Assembly: GCA_963666215.2 (NCBI GenBank)
Contig: CAXWPL010000003.1
Coordinates: 1 to 64,000, forward strand
Source: Acidobacteriota bacterium
Lineage (GTDB): Bacteria > Acidobacteriota > UBA890 > WLXD01
Direction of reading: 5' to 3'
Length of the DNA: 64,000 nucleotides
Below the pieces are notes generated by a model. It made no database searches. It saw only the letters and a list, made by a program, of their open reading frames with translations, and had not been told where the DNA came from. Shown one piece after another: positions 26,550 through 36,990 of this stretch (position 1 is its first letter; every line of letters begins with the position of its first letter). Made by a program: the position numbers and the translations under genes.

Positions 26550-27980
26550 TCAAAAGCCGAGTTTGTCGTCGACGAAATCGTTGCGGAACGTTCCCTTCGG
26601 ATCGAAGCGCACGCAGACGTCGCGAAACTTCCCCATCCTCGGATACAGCTGGTCCACTTGCTCACGGCTCTGCGGAAACCACTTACCCCAATGGATCCGA
26701 GCGCCGAAGAGCTCATACATGCTGTTTGCCAGAAAGCTCGCCAAAGCGCAAAACTCATCCCTCGGTTCGACGTAGGTGATGAAGCTGATCGCGTACCAGT
26801 CATCCGACACCGAAGCCCGTGAGCACGACGACATCGAGATCAGGGTGTCGTCTCGCATGACGCGGCGAAAGCACACCGGGTAGTGATGGGTGAAGCGTCC
26901 CCTGACGGCCTGCAGCGCGTCGAGCAAGCCCGCGGCCCGTAGCTTCGCTTCAGTGCTTTCCGACAGCTGCCAGCTGCCGGCGTCGGCCCACTTCAGGATT
27001 TCGACAACCAGGTTCGCAGCCTCGACAACGTGTTCTCGTCTGACGAAAGCCTCGAGCTCGAAGTGGCGGAACAGCTCGTGCTCCATGACCAGGGCGCGGT
27101 CGCTTCGATCGACGACAACCCAGCGCGGAAACACGACGGCCGGAACGACGGCCCGGAAATACAGTCGGACGAGTCGTTGGCTCCGGAGCACGGAGGCGAA
27201 CAGCTTGATCAACAGGTGTAAGGCCACATCGATGGCGACAAACCAGTAGATGCGGTAGAGAGCTGCGCCTCCGCGACGCCGCAGCTCCGGCACGACTCGT
27301 CGCCGCTGCACGAGGTACGACCAGGAGTGTGGAATCAGGTAGAACTGCTGCAGTGGGAATTCGGCCTCGCTTGCCAACGCCTCCTCAATCGAGTCGCAGC
27401 GCGTAGCCCGTTCCTCGACGTAGTACTGCGGAACGCAACGAACAGTGAGCTCGACGACGACGCCCAGGCAACCCAGCGAACATCGGGCCGCCTGCAACTC
27501 GACTCCGTCGGAGATCTCGACGATCTGAGCATCGCCGCTCTCGTCGAAGCGCGCCACACGAACCGACACGACGTAGTGGGAAAGGCTATGCGCTCCCGAG
27601 CCGTGCGTGCCGGTGGCCGTGGCGCCAGCGATCGTCTGCTCGGTGATCAGGCCGAGTGACGGGGTCGTCAATCCACTCTCGTTGAGAGCCGCCAGCAGCG
27701 TCTTGATCTGACAGCCTCCCCCAACAGTGGCTCGCGGCTCGCCCGTGCTCGCATCCTCGTGGACTCGGACGTGGTTGAAGTGCCGCATGTCGATCAGAAC
27801 GTCGTCGGTAACGATGCCGTCGCTCCAAGCGTGACGCGAACCGACGACTCGGATCGCGCCGTCGCGGTGCTCTTGCAGGATGCCGAGCAGCTCGCTCGCG
27901 TCCTTCGGCGCCAAGATCTGCCGTGGCTCGAAGCGCAGATTGCGCCCGAAGTTCGTGACCACTTTGCGTTGGGTCATCAT
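26550..27980 (-). CDS. FAD-linked aldonolactone oxidase family protein (ALO/GULO-like)
   Basis: Probable start MMTQRKVV; 'VVGSRHAWS', 'QTIAGATATGTHGSG', 'SLGCLGVV', 'RIHWGK', 'FDPKGTFRN'. Confidence 0.85.
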   Translation of the reverse strand: MMTQRKVVTNFGRNLRFEPRQILAPKDASELLGILQEHRDGAIRVVGSRHAWSDGIVTDDVLIDMRHFNHVRVHEDASTGEPRATVGGGCQIKTLLAALNESGLTTPSLGLITEQTIAGATATGTHGSGAHSLSHYVVSVRVARFDESGDAQIVEISDGVELQAARCSLGCLGVVVELTVRCVPQYYVEERATRCDSIEEALASEAEFPLQQFYLIPHSWSYLVQRRRVVPELRRRGGAALYRIYWFVAIDVALHLLIKLFASVLRSQRLVRLYFRAVVPAVVFPRWVVVDRSDRALVMEHELFRHFELEAFVRREHVVEAANLVVEILKWADAGSWQLSESTEAKLRAAGLLDALQAVRGRFTHHYPVCFRRVMRDDTLISMSSCSRASVSDDWYAISFITYVEPRDEFCALASFLANSMYELFGARIHWGKWFPQSREQVDQLYPRMGKFRDVCVRFDPKGTFRNDFVDDKLGF

Positions 27981-28271
27981 GGAATCACCCGGCCAAAAGC
28001 CGCCTACTGAGCCAACTCGTCTGCGACCGTCACAGCCCCGTCTTGGGCGGCGGGAGACAAGTTGGGCCACCGGGTCGAATCCGAAAGGGCCGAACCCGAT
28101 CATCGGCGCCCGCCGAGGATACGAGGATGGCGGAAGCGTACAGCCGCGACAGGCGTGCGTTCAACGATCTCGGGTGAGGCGAGCCGCCCGCGGGGTTGTC
28201 GAGGATTGACTCACCTCACCGATCCCTGGGCCGACGCGAGCGCCTGCCGCAGGTTCTGCAATCCGAGTTAG

Positions 28272-28772
28272 CTCGACGCCGACGGGAATCCGGTGACGAC
28301 TGTCACAGGCACCGAGGCCGGCCGCATGGGCAGGCTGTCGCCAGACGAGCGCTGGATCGCCTTCCAGACCGCTGATTCGGGCGAGCCGCAGGTCTTTGTT
28401 CAGTCGTCCGACCCAGGGGTGGAGGGCCAGTGGCAGGTGTCGAGCGGCGGCGGCGGCCAGCCGCGCTGGTCCAACGACGGGCGCGAGCTCTACTACCGCA
28501 CCGACACAGGAGTGTCGATGGTCGCGATCGACGCTGACGCCTCGTCATTCCGGCCTGGCGAGCCCACGAGTTTGTTCGAAGGTAACTTCGCCGGGGGCCC
28601 GACAGGCATCCACATCGGCACAGTTGCCATGGACGACTGGGATGCCGCGCCGGACGGTCAGCACTTCTTCATGATCCGATGGGCGTATCCGGTGCCCCCC
28701 GGACCGCAGCTCATGACCCTGATGCTCAACTGGTCCTCGGCGCTGCGGCGCCTGGCGCCTGCCGAGCGATGA
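28272..28772 (+). pseudogene. Orphan C-terminal PD40/TolB-propeller fragment (of the type ending Ser/Thr kinase-PD40 proteins)
   Basis: 'LSPDERWIAF', 'WQVSSGGGGQPRWSNDGRELYY', 'WDAAPDGQHFFM', 'LMLNWSSALRRL'. In-frame TAG at 28269-28271 and non-coding-looking upstream sequence; no kinase domain. Confidence 0.7.
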
Positions 28773-28779
28773 GGAAGCC

Positions 28780-28798
28780 CGGCGAGGGGGCCTCGCCG
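28780..28798. terminator. Stem-loop between convergent genes
   Basis: CGGCGAGG-GGG-CCTCGCCG perfect 8-bp stem; no U-tract. Confidence 0.4.
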
Positions 28799-28841
28799 CG
28801 GGCGCCGCTGTCTGCGGGCAATGATCACGCGTGAGGACGCC

Positions 28842-31800
28842 CTACTCTACCCCCAGCCGCTCCGCTGCGATCCTCTTGATGTTTTTCAGGTCGGTCTTTC
28901 CCGACCCGAGTAACGGAATCTCATCGACCTCGACGAACTGGTCCTTGCGAGGCATGAACAGATTGGGTAGACCCGACGCCGCCAGCTTTTCGAGGAGATC
29001 CGGAATCGCCTCCGGATCCGTCGTGTACAGGACCGCCAGGCGCTCGCCTTTCGTGGGATCCGAGATCGCGGTCACCGCGAAGACCTGCTCGTCGTCGATT
29101 CCCATCGCCTTGTGCAGCGCCTCCTCGACGACGCCGTGCGGCACCATCTCACCGCCGATCTTGGAGAAGCGTGAGTAGCGGTCGGTGATGGTCAGGAAGC
29201 CGTCGTCGTCGAGCTTGCCGATGTCGCCGGTGATGTACCAGCCGTCTCGCATCGCTTCATCAGTCAGATCCTCGCGGCCGAGGTATCCCTGCATCACGTT
29301 CGGGCCATGGGCGAGGATCATCCCCTCCTCGCCGGGACCGAGCGGCTCGGTGTTGTCGGGATCCTCCGGGTCGGCGATTCGCAGCGCCACACCAGGAACT
29401 GCCTGACCAACAGTGCCGCGGCGCCAACCGGGTTGATACAAGCCCGGCGCTCGGAAGTCCGGGACGTTGACCGCCAGTACTGGCGAGGTCTCGGTGACAC
29501 CGTAGCCTTCCAGTGGATCCAAGCCGAAGTGATCGCGGAACGCTGCGCCAACGCGGGCCTGGAGCTTCTCTGCCCCCGCGATCACGAGGCGCAGCGAACC
29601 GAACTGCGCCGGTGCGATGCGGCGTACGTAGAGCATGAGGAACGTCGGCGTGGCGAACATGATCGTCAGGCGATAGCGCCGCACCAGCTCGCCAATGGCT
29701 GCCGTGTCGAGCGGGCTCGGATGGTAGACGGCGGGTAGGCCGAGAGTCAGCGGCATCCACAGCGTGGCCATGTAGCCGAACGAGTGAAAGAACGGCAGGA
29801 TGCCCAGCACGCCGTCGCCCTTCCACATCGGCAGCACCTGCACCGAGGCGCGCACGTTGCTGTCGACGTTGAAGTGGCTCAGCACCACACCCTTCGGCTC
29901 GCCGGTGCTGCCGCTGCTGAAGAGAATCGTCGCAATGTCGGTCGGTTGGACCGGCTCCTTCGCGCCGCAAGCGCGCTCCAGCGCTCGACGCGGCGCCAAA
30001 AGGGCCAAGAGCATCGCGACGCTCTTTCCAATGGCCCCGATGGATGCCCCGACTTCTTCAATCCAGATCGGCTCGACACCGTCGGGCAGCTCGACGTTGG
30101 CCTTCGCCAAGAACACGCCGTTCGTCACGACTGTGCGCAACTTGGCCTGCTTGGCGGCCGAGCTCATGGCGGCCTTGCCCGACGTGAAGTTCAGGTTCAC
30201 CGACGTCTTGCCGGCCATCGCGGCGGCAATGTTGACGAGCGCGCCGCCGACCGTCGGTGGCAGCAAGATGCCGACATTCCGCTGGCCTTTCCAGTGTGGT
30301 CGCAGAGCCCGTGCCAACGCCACCGCACCCACCAGCGACTTGAAGCGCGACACCTTCGGGCGCGTCACGTCGGCCATCGCCAGCTTCCAGAACCCCCGCC
30401 GACTGGTGCGGATGAAGCCGTGGTGCAGTGGACGCGCGTCGTCGAGCCGGTAGTCCCAGGCGTTGCTGCCAAGCTCGCGCACGTGACGCCGGACTTCGTG
30501 AATTGGCGTGCCGGGTGGAAGCTGCTCGCCGATGGCGATCGTCACCGGATACGGAACTTTGTGCGGGACCTTCGTAAAAAATCTTCCTTCGGAGCGGCTG
30601 GAGATGCTGCCCCAGACCCTGTCGAGGAAGATCGGCACGATGGGAACGTCGCGGCCTTTTACGATTCGTTCGTAGCCGCGCTGGAAGGGAAGCAGCATTC
30701 CGATTCGCGTGATCTGGCCCTCCGGGAAAATGCACACGAGCTCGCCGCTCTCGATCGCGTTGCCGGCCTCGCGCAGGGCGCGGAGGATCAACTTGGGACC
30801 GCCAGCCGACGAGATCGGAATCACGCCGAGCGACTTCATGAACGGATGCAGCAGCGGGTGGTTGTAGTAGGTGGCCTCGGCGAGAAACTTGATGGGACGG
30901 TCGTTCGCCGCCAGTAGCAGCATGGCGTCGATGAACGAGGCGTGATTCGGCACCAGCAGCGCGCCACCCTTGGCCGGGAGATACTGCCGACCGACGATCC
31001 GCACCCTGTAGAGCGTATGGGTGATCAACACCAACACCAGGCGGACAAAAGCCGCCGGCATCAGATAGAGCGCCCACACTGTGCCGACGACAACGAGGAG
31101 CGCTGTCGTCAAGATGATCCCCTGAGTGGAAACGCCCCAGGCGGCGAGATAACCCACGCCCACCGAGCCAGCGAGCATGCCGCCGTAGATGAAGATGTTC
31201 GACAGCGCCAACACGGCGCCGGTGCTCTCGTCGGGCGAGCGCCACTGCTTGAGTGCATTGATCGGGACGTTCAGCAGACCACCGGCGATGCCCATGAGAA
31301 TCAAGAGCGCTATCGTTGGCCAGTAGCCGGGCATGAGCGCGCCGAAGACAAGCGTCAGGATCCCCAGAGCCAGAGCGCCGAGCGGGATGAGGCCGAACTC
31401 GACCTTGCGGCCGGAGATACGCCCGGCGAGCACGCTGCCTATCGCGATTCCCAGCATCAGCTGCCCGAGCGCCACGCTGGCGCCGAGGTTGGTGAGGCCG
31501 AGCACCGCCTTGGCGTACACAATCACCACCTGGAACAGCACACTGGCGACGACCCAGAAGAAAACCGACCCCAACACGGCGAGCCACAGAATGCGATCGG
31601 TGCGGATCGCCACCCAGGCTTCGCGCAGGTTGTTGAGTGCGCCGCCCCCGGCCCGCGCGGCGGGGACTTCAGGGATACTCCGCGCCGCCACCAACCCCAC
31701 CACCGCGAGCGCTACCAATCCGGCCGCCGCCATCCACGGACGGCCGCCCGTAAGGTCGAGCAGCGGCCCAGCGATGCCTGCCCCGGCGATGATCGCCAGC

Positions 31801-32321
31801 GTCGAGAACATCTCGAGGCGACCGTTGCCCGCCGACAGGCTGGTGTGCGGCAGCAGCTCAGGCAGAATGCCGTACTTGGCGGGCGAGAACATCGCGCTCT
31901 GCGCTCCCATGCAGGCGAGAACAATCAGCGCCAGATCACCACCGAGCGGTTGACGGTAGAGAGCGAAAGCGCCTGCCGCCATCAGCAGCACCTCGAGCGC
32001 CTTCATGCTCAGAATGATGGTGCGCTTGCTGATGCGATCGGCAATGGCGCCGGCAGGCAGCGAGAACAGCATCAGCGGCAACGTCAGCGCCACCGTCACC
32101 AGCGTCGTCTGGGCTTGTGCAGCCGCCTCCGCGTCGGTGCCCAGGGCGCCCGTGGCCATCACACGGTCGACTGCCAAGAACGTCAACATGACGCGCCAGG
32201 CGTTGTCGTTGAAGGCACCGAAAAATTGTGCGGTCAGCAGTCCACGAAGCTTGGAGAGCCCTGCGAGGTGCCCCGAGTCCGATCCCGTCGGCGCGACGCT
32301 TGCACCGCGACCGTCAGGCAT
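28842..32321 (-). CDS. aas: LplT(MFS)-acyltransferase-acyl-ACP synthetase fusion (acyl-ACP--phospholipid O-acyltransferase)
   Basis: 'QFFGAFNDN', 'FSPAKYGILPE', PlsC 'NHASFID'/'FPEG', AMP-binding 'FSSGSTGEPKG', 'EGYGVTE', 'YITGD', 'RFSKIGGEMV'. Confidence 0.92.
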   Translation of the reverse strand: MPDGRGASVAPTGSDSGHLAGLSKLRGLLTAQFFGAFNDNAWRVMLTFLAVDRVMATGALGTDAEAAAQAQTTLVTVALTLPLMLFSLPAGAIADRISKRTIILSMKALEVLLMAAGAFALYRQPLGGDLALIVLACMGAQSAMFSPAKYGILPELLPHTSLSAGNGRLEMFSTLAIIAGAGIAGPLLDLTGGRPWMAAAGLVALAVVGLVAARSIPEVPAARAGGGALNNLREAWVAIRTDRILWLAVLGSVFFWVVASVLFQVVIVYAKAVLGLTNLGASVALGQLMLGIAIGSVLAGRISGRKVEFGLIPLGALALGILTLVFGALMPGYWPTIALLILMGIAGGLLNVPINALKQWRSPDESTGAVLALSNIFIYGGMLAGSVGVGYLAAWGVSTQGIILTTALLVVVGTVWALYLMPAAFVRLVLVLITHTLYRVRIVGRQYLPAKGGALLVPNHASFIDAMLLLAANDRPIKFLAEATYYNHPLLHPFMKSLGVIPISSAGGPKLILRALREAGNAIESGELVCIFPEGQITRIGMLLPFQRGYERIVKGRDVPIVPIFLDRVWGSISSRSEGRFFTKVPHKVPYPVTIAIGEQLPPGTPIHEVRRHVRELGSNAWDYRLDDARPLHHGFIRTSRRGFWKLAMADVTRPKVSRFKSLVGAVALARALRPHWKGQRNVGILLPPTVGGALVNIAAAMAGKTSVNLNFTSGKAAMSSAAKQAKLRTVVTNGVFLAKANVELPDGVEPIWIEEVGASIGAIGKSVAMLLALLAPRRALERACGAKEPVQPTDIATILFSSGSTGEPKGVVLSHFNVDSNVRASVQVLPMWKGDGVLGILPFFHSFGYMATLWMPLTLGLPAVYHPSPLDTAAIGELVRRYRLTIMFATPTFLMLYVRRIAPAQFGSLRLVIAGAEKLQARVGAAFRDHFGLDPLEGYGVTETSPVLAVNVPDFRAPGLYQPGWRRGTVGQAVPGVALRIADPEDPDNTEPLGPGEEGMILAHGPNVMQGYLGREDLTDEAMRDGWYITGDIGKLDDDGFLTITDRYSRFSKIGGEMVPHGVVEEALHKAMGIDDEQVFAVTAISDPTKGERLAVLYTTDPEAIPDLLEKLAASGLPNLFMPRKDQFVEVDEIPLLGSGKTDLKNIKRIAAERLGVE

Positions 32322-32568
32322 GGAAACGGCCCACCGCTTTGTCGTTGTCGCTGGCCCTGCATTCAGGTCGATCGCGGTCGCTCACGGGACCCAACCCTAG
32401 CAGGCCGGAAGCGCCCGCGGGACTTGTCCGTCACGCCGCCGGGGAGGGTCGATCACCTCTCGGACGCCGGTGAGAACTCGACCTCGCAGCCCGTGGACGA
32501 CCTCTCCGTTTCCGCCAACAAGGTCGAGCACCAGCATGCTTGCTCCTGCTCGAGCAACCGAGAGAAAT

Positions 32569-34872
32569 CTATCGAGCGCGCTCGAGGGCGTCGCGAATGA
32601 GCTCGATGGGGTGTCGAGGCTTGCGACCTCCCAAGTCGGCGAGCTGATTCCTGCACGATGTCCCGCACGCCAGAAGCTCAGAGATGCCTTCTGGCCGCAC
32701 GGTCTCGATGGTGCGGACCTCCCTGATGAGGCGCTCACCCAGCTCCTTGCTGGCGGCGTACGTTTGCGCTTTGTAGCCAAACGATCCGGCCATGCCGCAG
32801 CATTCCGCGCGCGTCGCCTCGACGTTCACGCCCGGGAGCGCGGCAACCACCCGCAACGCGGCCGGAAACCAGCCGGCCGACTTCTGCTGACAGTGGCCAT
32901 GCAGAACGATGGTTTGCGGCTCCACCTCGTCGCCGCCAGCGGCGGCGCCCGCCGCACTCTCGAGAGCTCCACCGAGCGACGAGAGATTGTCGGCGTCGGC
33001 AAGAAAGTCCAGCACCTCGCGCGCCGCGCAAAGACCAGCCTTCGCACCTTCTTCAGGCTCGAGTAGCCGTTGGTGATCCTTCGCCACGCAGCTCATGCAG
33101 GAGGGCTCGAGACCGACGACGGGTGCTCCTGCCGCCGCCAACGGCCCAATCATCTTCTGTAGGTGTCTGGCTTGGTGGCGTGCCGTCTCCAGGTCACCCT
33201 GCGACAACGCGGCGCGACCGCAGCAGACATCAGAGACGATCGTCACCACGTAGCCGAGGTGTCCGAGAACCTCTACGGCAGCGACCCCAGCGTCGGCCTC
33301 GACATGATCCGTGTGGCAATCGGCCAGGAACACGACGCTGCGCGCAACCGCGGCGCCCGCGCCGTTGGAGGGCTCCGCCCCCTCGGCCGCCGCCCGGGTC
33401 CTGTTCACCGCCTCGCGGACGGCCTTTGCCGCCCCGCGCACGGCGGGTAGATCGGTAAGCACGGGTTTCCCATCGCCGACCAGGCGCGCGCTCAGGCTCG
33501 GGCCCGCGGGTAGAGGCAGCGGTCGGCGCCGATCGAGTCCAGTGGCCTTCTCCAGAAGCCAGCGCAACGGCATCATCCGTGAGGCGCCTCGGGCCAGCGA
33601 GCCCCAGCGCCGACTGAGCTTGTAGAGCCGCAGCGGATCCGCGAGCAGCTTGCCGGCACGGCCGAATCCGCCCTCTTGATGCGCGATGCGCTGCCGCAGC
33701 ACAGAGTTCATCCAGGGGATGTCGATGCGGATCGGGCAGACATCCTTGCAGCGGGCGCAGGTGGTGCACAGCTCATTGAACTGTGCCGCCGTGTCGAGAC
33801 CACGGACTCCCGCCTCCCAGGCAACACCGATGCCGGATTGATAGGTCGGGCCACCGAATACGTGACCGCCAACAGCCTGGTACGGCGCGCAAACGTTCTG
33901 GCAGGCGCCGCAGCGCACGCAGTAGAGAGCTTCGCGCAGCGTCGGGTCGTCGCGCATCTCGCTACGACCGTTGTCCAGGAGAACAACGTGGAACTGACGC
34001 CGGCCTTGGCCGGCAGCAAAGGGCGAGCGCTTCCAGCCAGGCGCGGAAATGAACGACAGGTACGACGTCAGAAGCTGCCCCGTGCCGCTGCGGGGCAGCA
34101 GCTCGAGGAAGGGCTCCAGGTCGGCGATCGTCGGAATGATCTTCTCGATGCCGGCAATCACGCCATGGATGCGCGGCACCTGCGAGCTCAACCTGCCGTT
34201 ACCCTCGTTTTCAACGAGGATCGCGGTGCCAGTGTCGGCGATCAGGAAGTTGGCGCCGGTGATCCCCATGTCGGCCGCCAGGAAATCCGTCCGCAGATTG
34301 ACGCGCGCCAGCTGCGTGAGCTGCTCTGGCTTCTCGGGCACTTCCGACATCGGGATGTCGCAGCCGCGACTGAACGCGTCGCGCACGTCCTGGACACTCT
34401 TGTGGATGATCGGCGCGATGATGTGCGACGGGCGGTCGTTGGCGAGCTGCACGATGTACTCGCCGAGGTCGGTCTCGCGAACCGCGATACCCGCCGCCTG
34501 GAGAGCTGCGTTCAGATGAACCTCCTCAGAGGTCATCGATTTGCCCTTGACGACCGAGCGCACGCCTTCGTCCTCGGCGATCTTCAGAAAGACTCGGCGC
34601 GCTTCCGCTGCATCCGCCGCGTGGTGCAACACTCCACCCGCTCTCACGACGGACGCCTGGAGTTGCTCGATCAGCTCGGGCAGGCGTTCTATGGCTTCTT
34701 CTTTGATCCGCCGGGCCGCATCACGAGCCGCCTCGTAGCCGGGAAACCGCTCCATGGTCTGCCTACGGAGCCCGGCAATCAGACTGGTGGCCTTCGGCAC
34801 CGTCTCCTGCAACACCGGGTTGGCCAGGGCGGCGGCGATCTCGCCGTGCAGGTCGCGCTTTTCGACCGTCAT
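32569..34872 (-). CDS. lutB: LutB-like LUD/4Fe-4S protein fused to CCG (LutA/GlpC-like) domains
   Basis: Probable start MTVEKRD at 34872 (TGATG overlap); 'KGKSMTSEE', 'ETDLGEYIVQ', 'ENEGN', 'CVRCGACQNVC', 'CTTCARCKDVCP', two CCG motifs. Confidence 0.85.
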   Translation of the reverse strand: MTVEKRDLHGEIAAALANPVLQETVPKATSLIAGLRRQTMERFPGYEAARDAARRIKEEAIERLPELIEQLQASVVRAGGVLHHAADAAEARRVFLKIAEDEGVRSVVKGKSMTSEEVHLNAALQAAGIAVRETDLGEYIVQLANDRPSHIIAPIIHKSVQDVRDAFSRGCDIPMSEVPEKPEQLTQLARVNLRTDFLAADMGITGANFLIADTGTAILVENEGNGRLSSQVPRIHGVIAGIEKIIPTIADLEPFLELLPRSGTGQLLTSYLSFISAPGWKRSPFAAGQGRRQFHVVLLDNGRSEMRDDPTLREALYCVRCGACQNVCAPYQAVGGHVFGGPTYQSGIGVAWEAGVRGLDTAAQFNELCTTCARCKDVCPIRIDIPWMNSVLRQRIAHQEGGFGRAGKLLADPLRLYKLSRRWGSLARGASRMMPLRWLLEKATGLDRRRPLPLPAGPSLSARLVGDGKPVLTDLPAVRGAAKAVREAVNRTRAAAEGAEPSNGAGAAVARSVVFLADCHTDHVEADAGVAAVEVLGHLGYVVTIVSDVCCGRAALSQGDLETARHQARHLQKMIGPLAAAGAPVVGLEPSCMSCVAKDHQRLLEPEEGAKAGLCAAREVLDFLADADNLSSLGGALESAAGAAAGGDEVEPQTIVLHGHCQQKSAGWFPAALRVVAALPGVNVEATRAECCGMAGSFGYKAQTYAASKELGERLIREVRTIETVRPEGISELLACGTSCRNQLADLGGRKPRHPIELIRDALERAR

Positions 34873-35477
34873 CAGGTGGTTCCCCAGCCGTTCGAGACCG
34901 GGATCGTGCTCGTGTCGACGATCAAAACCTCGAGCGAATTGGGGCCGTGCACACCCGTGACGAGCGTCTTGGCGATGTCGGCGGTGCGTGAGGGACCGGT
35001 AATCCACACCCAGTCGCGATCACCGGCGGCAAAAACCTCGCCGAACCTACCGTAGAGCGTGCTCAGGGTCGCGGCAATATCGACCGCTCGCAGCACCACA
35101 ACGTGCACCCAAGGAAGCGCCGACGCCAGCGTCCAGCCCCCCGGAACGCCGCCGACAAGAACTGTCCCCGAGTCGGCGATGGCGGCGCGCGCGTCGGTCA
35201 CTCCCACTCGAAGGTCAGCCGCTTCGCGGCCAGCCTCCTCCACCGACGTCAGCCGAATGCCGCGCGCGCGCAAGGCGAGCGGCAGGCCGAGTGCATCGCC
35301 GACCTCTCCGCGCTCATACAGAAGCACGCGAGGCGCTTCGTGGGCGCGCAGAATCGCCTCGATGGCGCCGGCAGCTTCGACCGCGGACGTCACCCGTGTG
35401 GCGTTACCACCGAGCTCCGTCATCACCGCCGAGAACCGGCGGATGCGCTCTTTGAGTACGTCGCGATCGTCGGGCAT
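34872..35477 (-). CDS. lutC: LutC/YkgG LUD-domain lactate utilisation protein
   Basis: 'AIADSGT', 'LPWVHVV', 'ITGPSRTADIAKTLVTGVHGP'; probable start MPDDRDV. Confidence 0.85.
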   Translation of the reverse strand: MPDDRDVLKERIRRFSAVMTELGGNATRVTSAVEAAGAIEAILRAHEAPRVLLYERGEVGDALGLPLALRARGIRLTSVEEAGREAADLRVGVTDARAAIADSGTVLVGGVPGGWTLASALPWVHVVVLRAVDIAATLSTLYGRFGEVFAAGDRDWVWITGPSRTADIAKTLVTGVHGPNSLEVLIVDTSTIPVSNGWGTT

Positions 35478-35947
35478 GGACCCTACGATCGTCGGTCGTA
35501 TTCCGCAGGTCAAACAGCTAGGCGATGGCAGCTCGCGCCGCTGCCAGGCGGACCCGACGCGCCTACTTCGCTTCGAACGTCGCCGTCATGTCGACGCCGG
35601 CACCGACGATGTGGATTGTCTGATCAGGCGTGCACACGGGAACCGTGTTGCCCTTCTTGCTTTTCATCCGCATATTGATCTGACCGCCACCGTTGGCCTG
35701 CACGCCGAGCAACTGGGTGCCGCACACCGTGATGTCGACCACATCGTTGGGCACGAGGTTCTGAATGCCGATGTTCAACTTCCCGCGGTCCTTGTCGGCG
35801 CGGTACTTCCAGTTTGCCTTGCCCTTGGCGACGACGCCGCCGTCCTCTTCAGTCATGTCTGCGTTCTTGTAGCGAGCGCGTGTGCGCTCCCACTTGCTGG
35901 CGTCTGCAGGGATCGATCCGAGTGCCACGATCACGATCCCTCTTAGT

Positions 35948-36990
35948 TGTGAGTTCTAGGTAGGTTGTTCACGAACTCACCCCTGAGAGCCGAGCGATCG
36001 GCGGTGTCATGCCGATGCCGGCGTGGGGACGGTGACGATTGTAGTGGTTGAGCCAGGGCCGTAGAGCTCGAGTACGTCGAGCTGAGGTCTGGTAGCAGGT
36101 GCCGTAGGCCCACTGCTCCTTGAGTGTGCGGATGAAGCGTTCGGCTTTGCCGTTGGTTCTGGGGGTGTAGGGCCGGGTGTAAATGTGCCGGATCTCGAGT
36201 TGATGGCATAGGCGATTGAAGCGCTTCGAGACGTAGCCAGGCCCGTTGTCTGTCATCACTCGGCGCACCGCTACTCCCATCGAAGCGAAGTGCTCGACGG
36301 CTCGCTGCAGGAACGCTGTGCAGGTGTGTTGGTCTTCGGCGGGCAGCACTTCGACGTACGCCACCCGAGAGTGATCGTCGATAGCGACGTGGGCGTTCTC
36401 CCAGCCGACGCCGTAGGCCCGCTTGGAGCGGTCGCCGTGGATGCGGTGTCCAGGTCGCCGGATACGGGCCAGTTTCTTCGTATCCAGGTGCAGTAGGTCA
36501 CCGGGGTGCTCGTACTCGTAGCGAACGATCTCGGGCTTGGGCTCGAGCGCATCAAGCTTGGCGAGTCCGAGCCGCTTCAGCCACGCCGAGACGGTCGAGC
36601 GCGGCACAGCCAACCTTCGGCTGATCTGCCAGGCCGTCAGTCGCCGCCGACGTAGCTTGTCGATCTGCCTCACAACTCCAGCGCTTGTTGCGTGCGGACA
36701 GCACGTCGGCCGGCTTGATCGATCGAGCAGCCCGGCCTCACCTTCTCGCTCGTATCTATCCAGCCACTTGTAAACCGTTCGAGCCGACACGCCGAGCGCC
36801 GCCGCCGTTTCCGTCACGGGCTCCGCCCGCTCCCGGACTCGGCGGACCATCTCTCGGCGTATATACGGCGTCGTGCGGGCGTTACCATGCAGCTGCATCG
36901 GGCGCTCCTTCTGAGGTCGTGGAGTCTTTTGAACAACCCCATTGATCTCAGAAGTGAGCCCCGATGTGAACAACCTACTTAGAAAACACA
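35948..36990 (-). mobile_element. IS481-family insertion sequence, copy 3 (1043 bp)
   Basis: Same IRs; flanks CTTAGT (35942-35947) and ACTAGG (36991-36996), an imperfect TSD. Confidence 0.97.
35969..36898 (-). CDS. IS481-family DDE transposase (copy 3, intact)
   Basis: Identical translation to copy 2. Confidence 0.95.
   Translation of the reverse strand: MQLHGNARTTPYIRREMVRRVRERAEPVTETAAALGVSARTVYKWLDRYEREGEAGLLDRSSRPTCCPHATSAGVVRQIDKLRRRRLTAWQISRRLAVPRSTVSAWLKRLGLAKLDALEPKPEIVRYEYEHPGDLLHLDTKKLARIRRPGHRIHGDRSKRAYGVGWENAHVAIDDHSRVAYVEVLPAEDQHTCTAFLQRAVEHFASMGVAVRRVMTDNGPGYVSKRFNRLCHQLEIRHIYTRPYTPRTNGKAERFIRTLKEQWAYGTCYQTSARRTRALRPWLNHYNRHRPHAGIGMTPPIARLSGVSS

Noticed and set aside
16690-28250. 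Similar intergenic words TCACCTCACnGAT...GGCCG...CGAGCG near 16692 and 28211
   Set aside because: Too short and gapped to support a repeat family without a genome-wide search.
25453-36990. IS481 copies 2 and 3 as a composite transposon carrying aas and lut genes
   Set aside because: Copy 2 has its own perfect TSD, and each copy is flanked by the two halves of its own target gene, so they are independent insertions.
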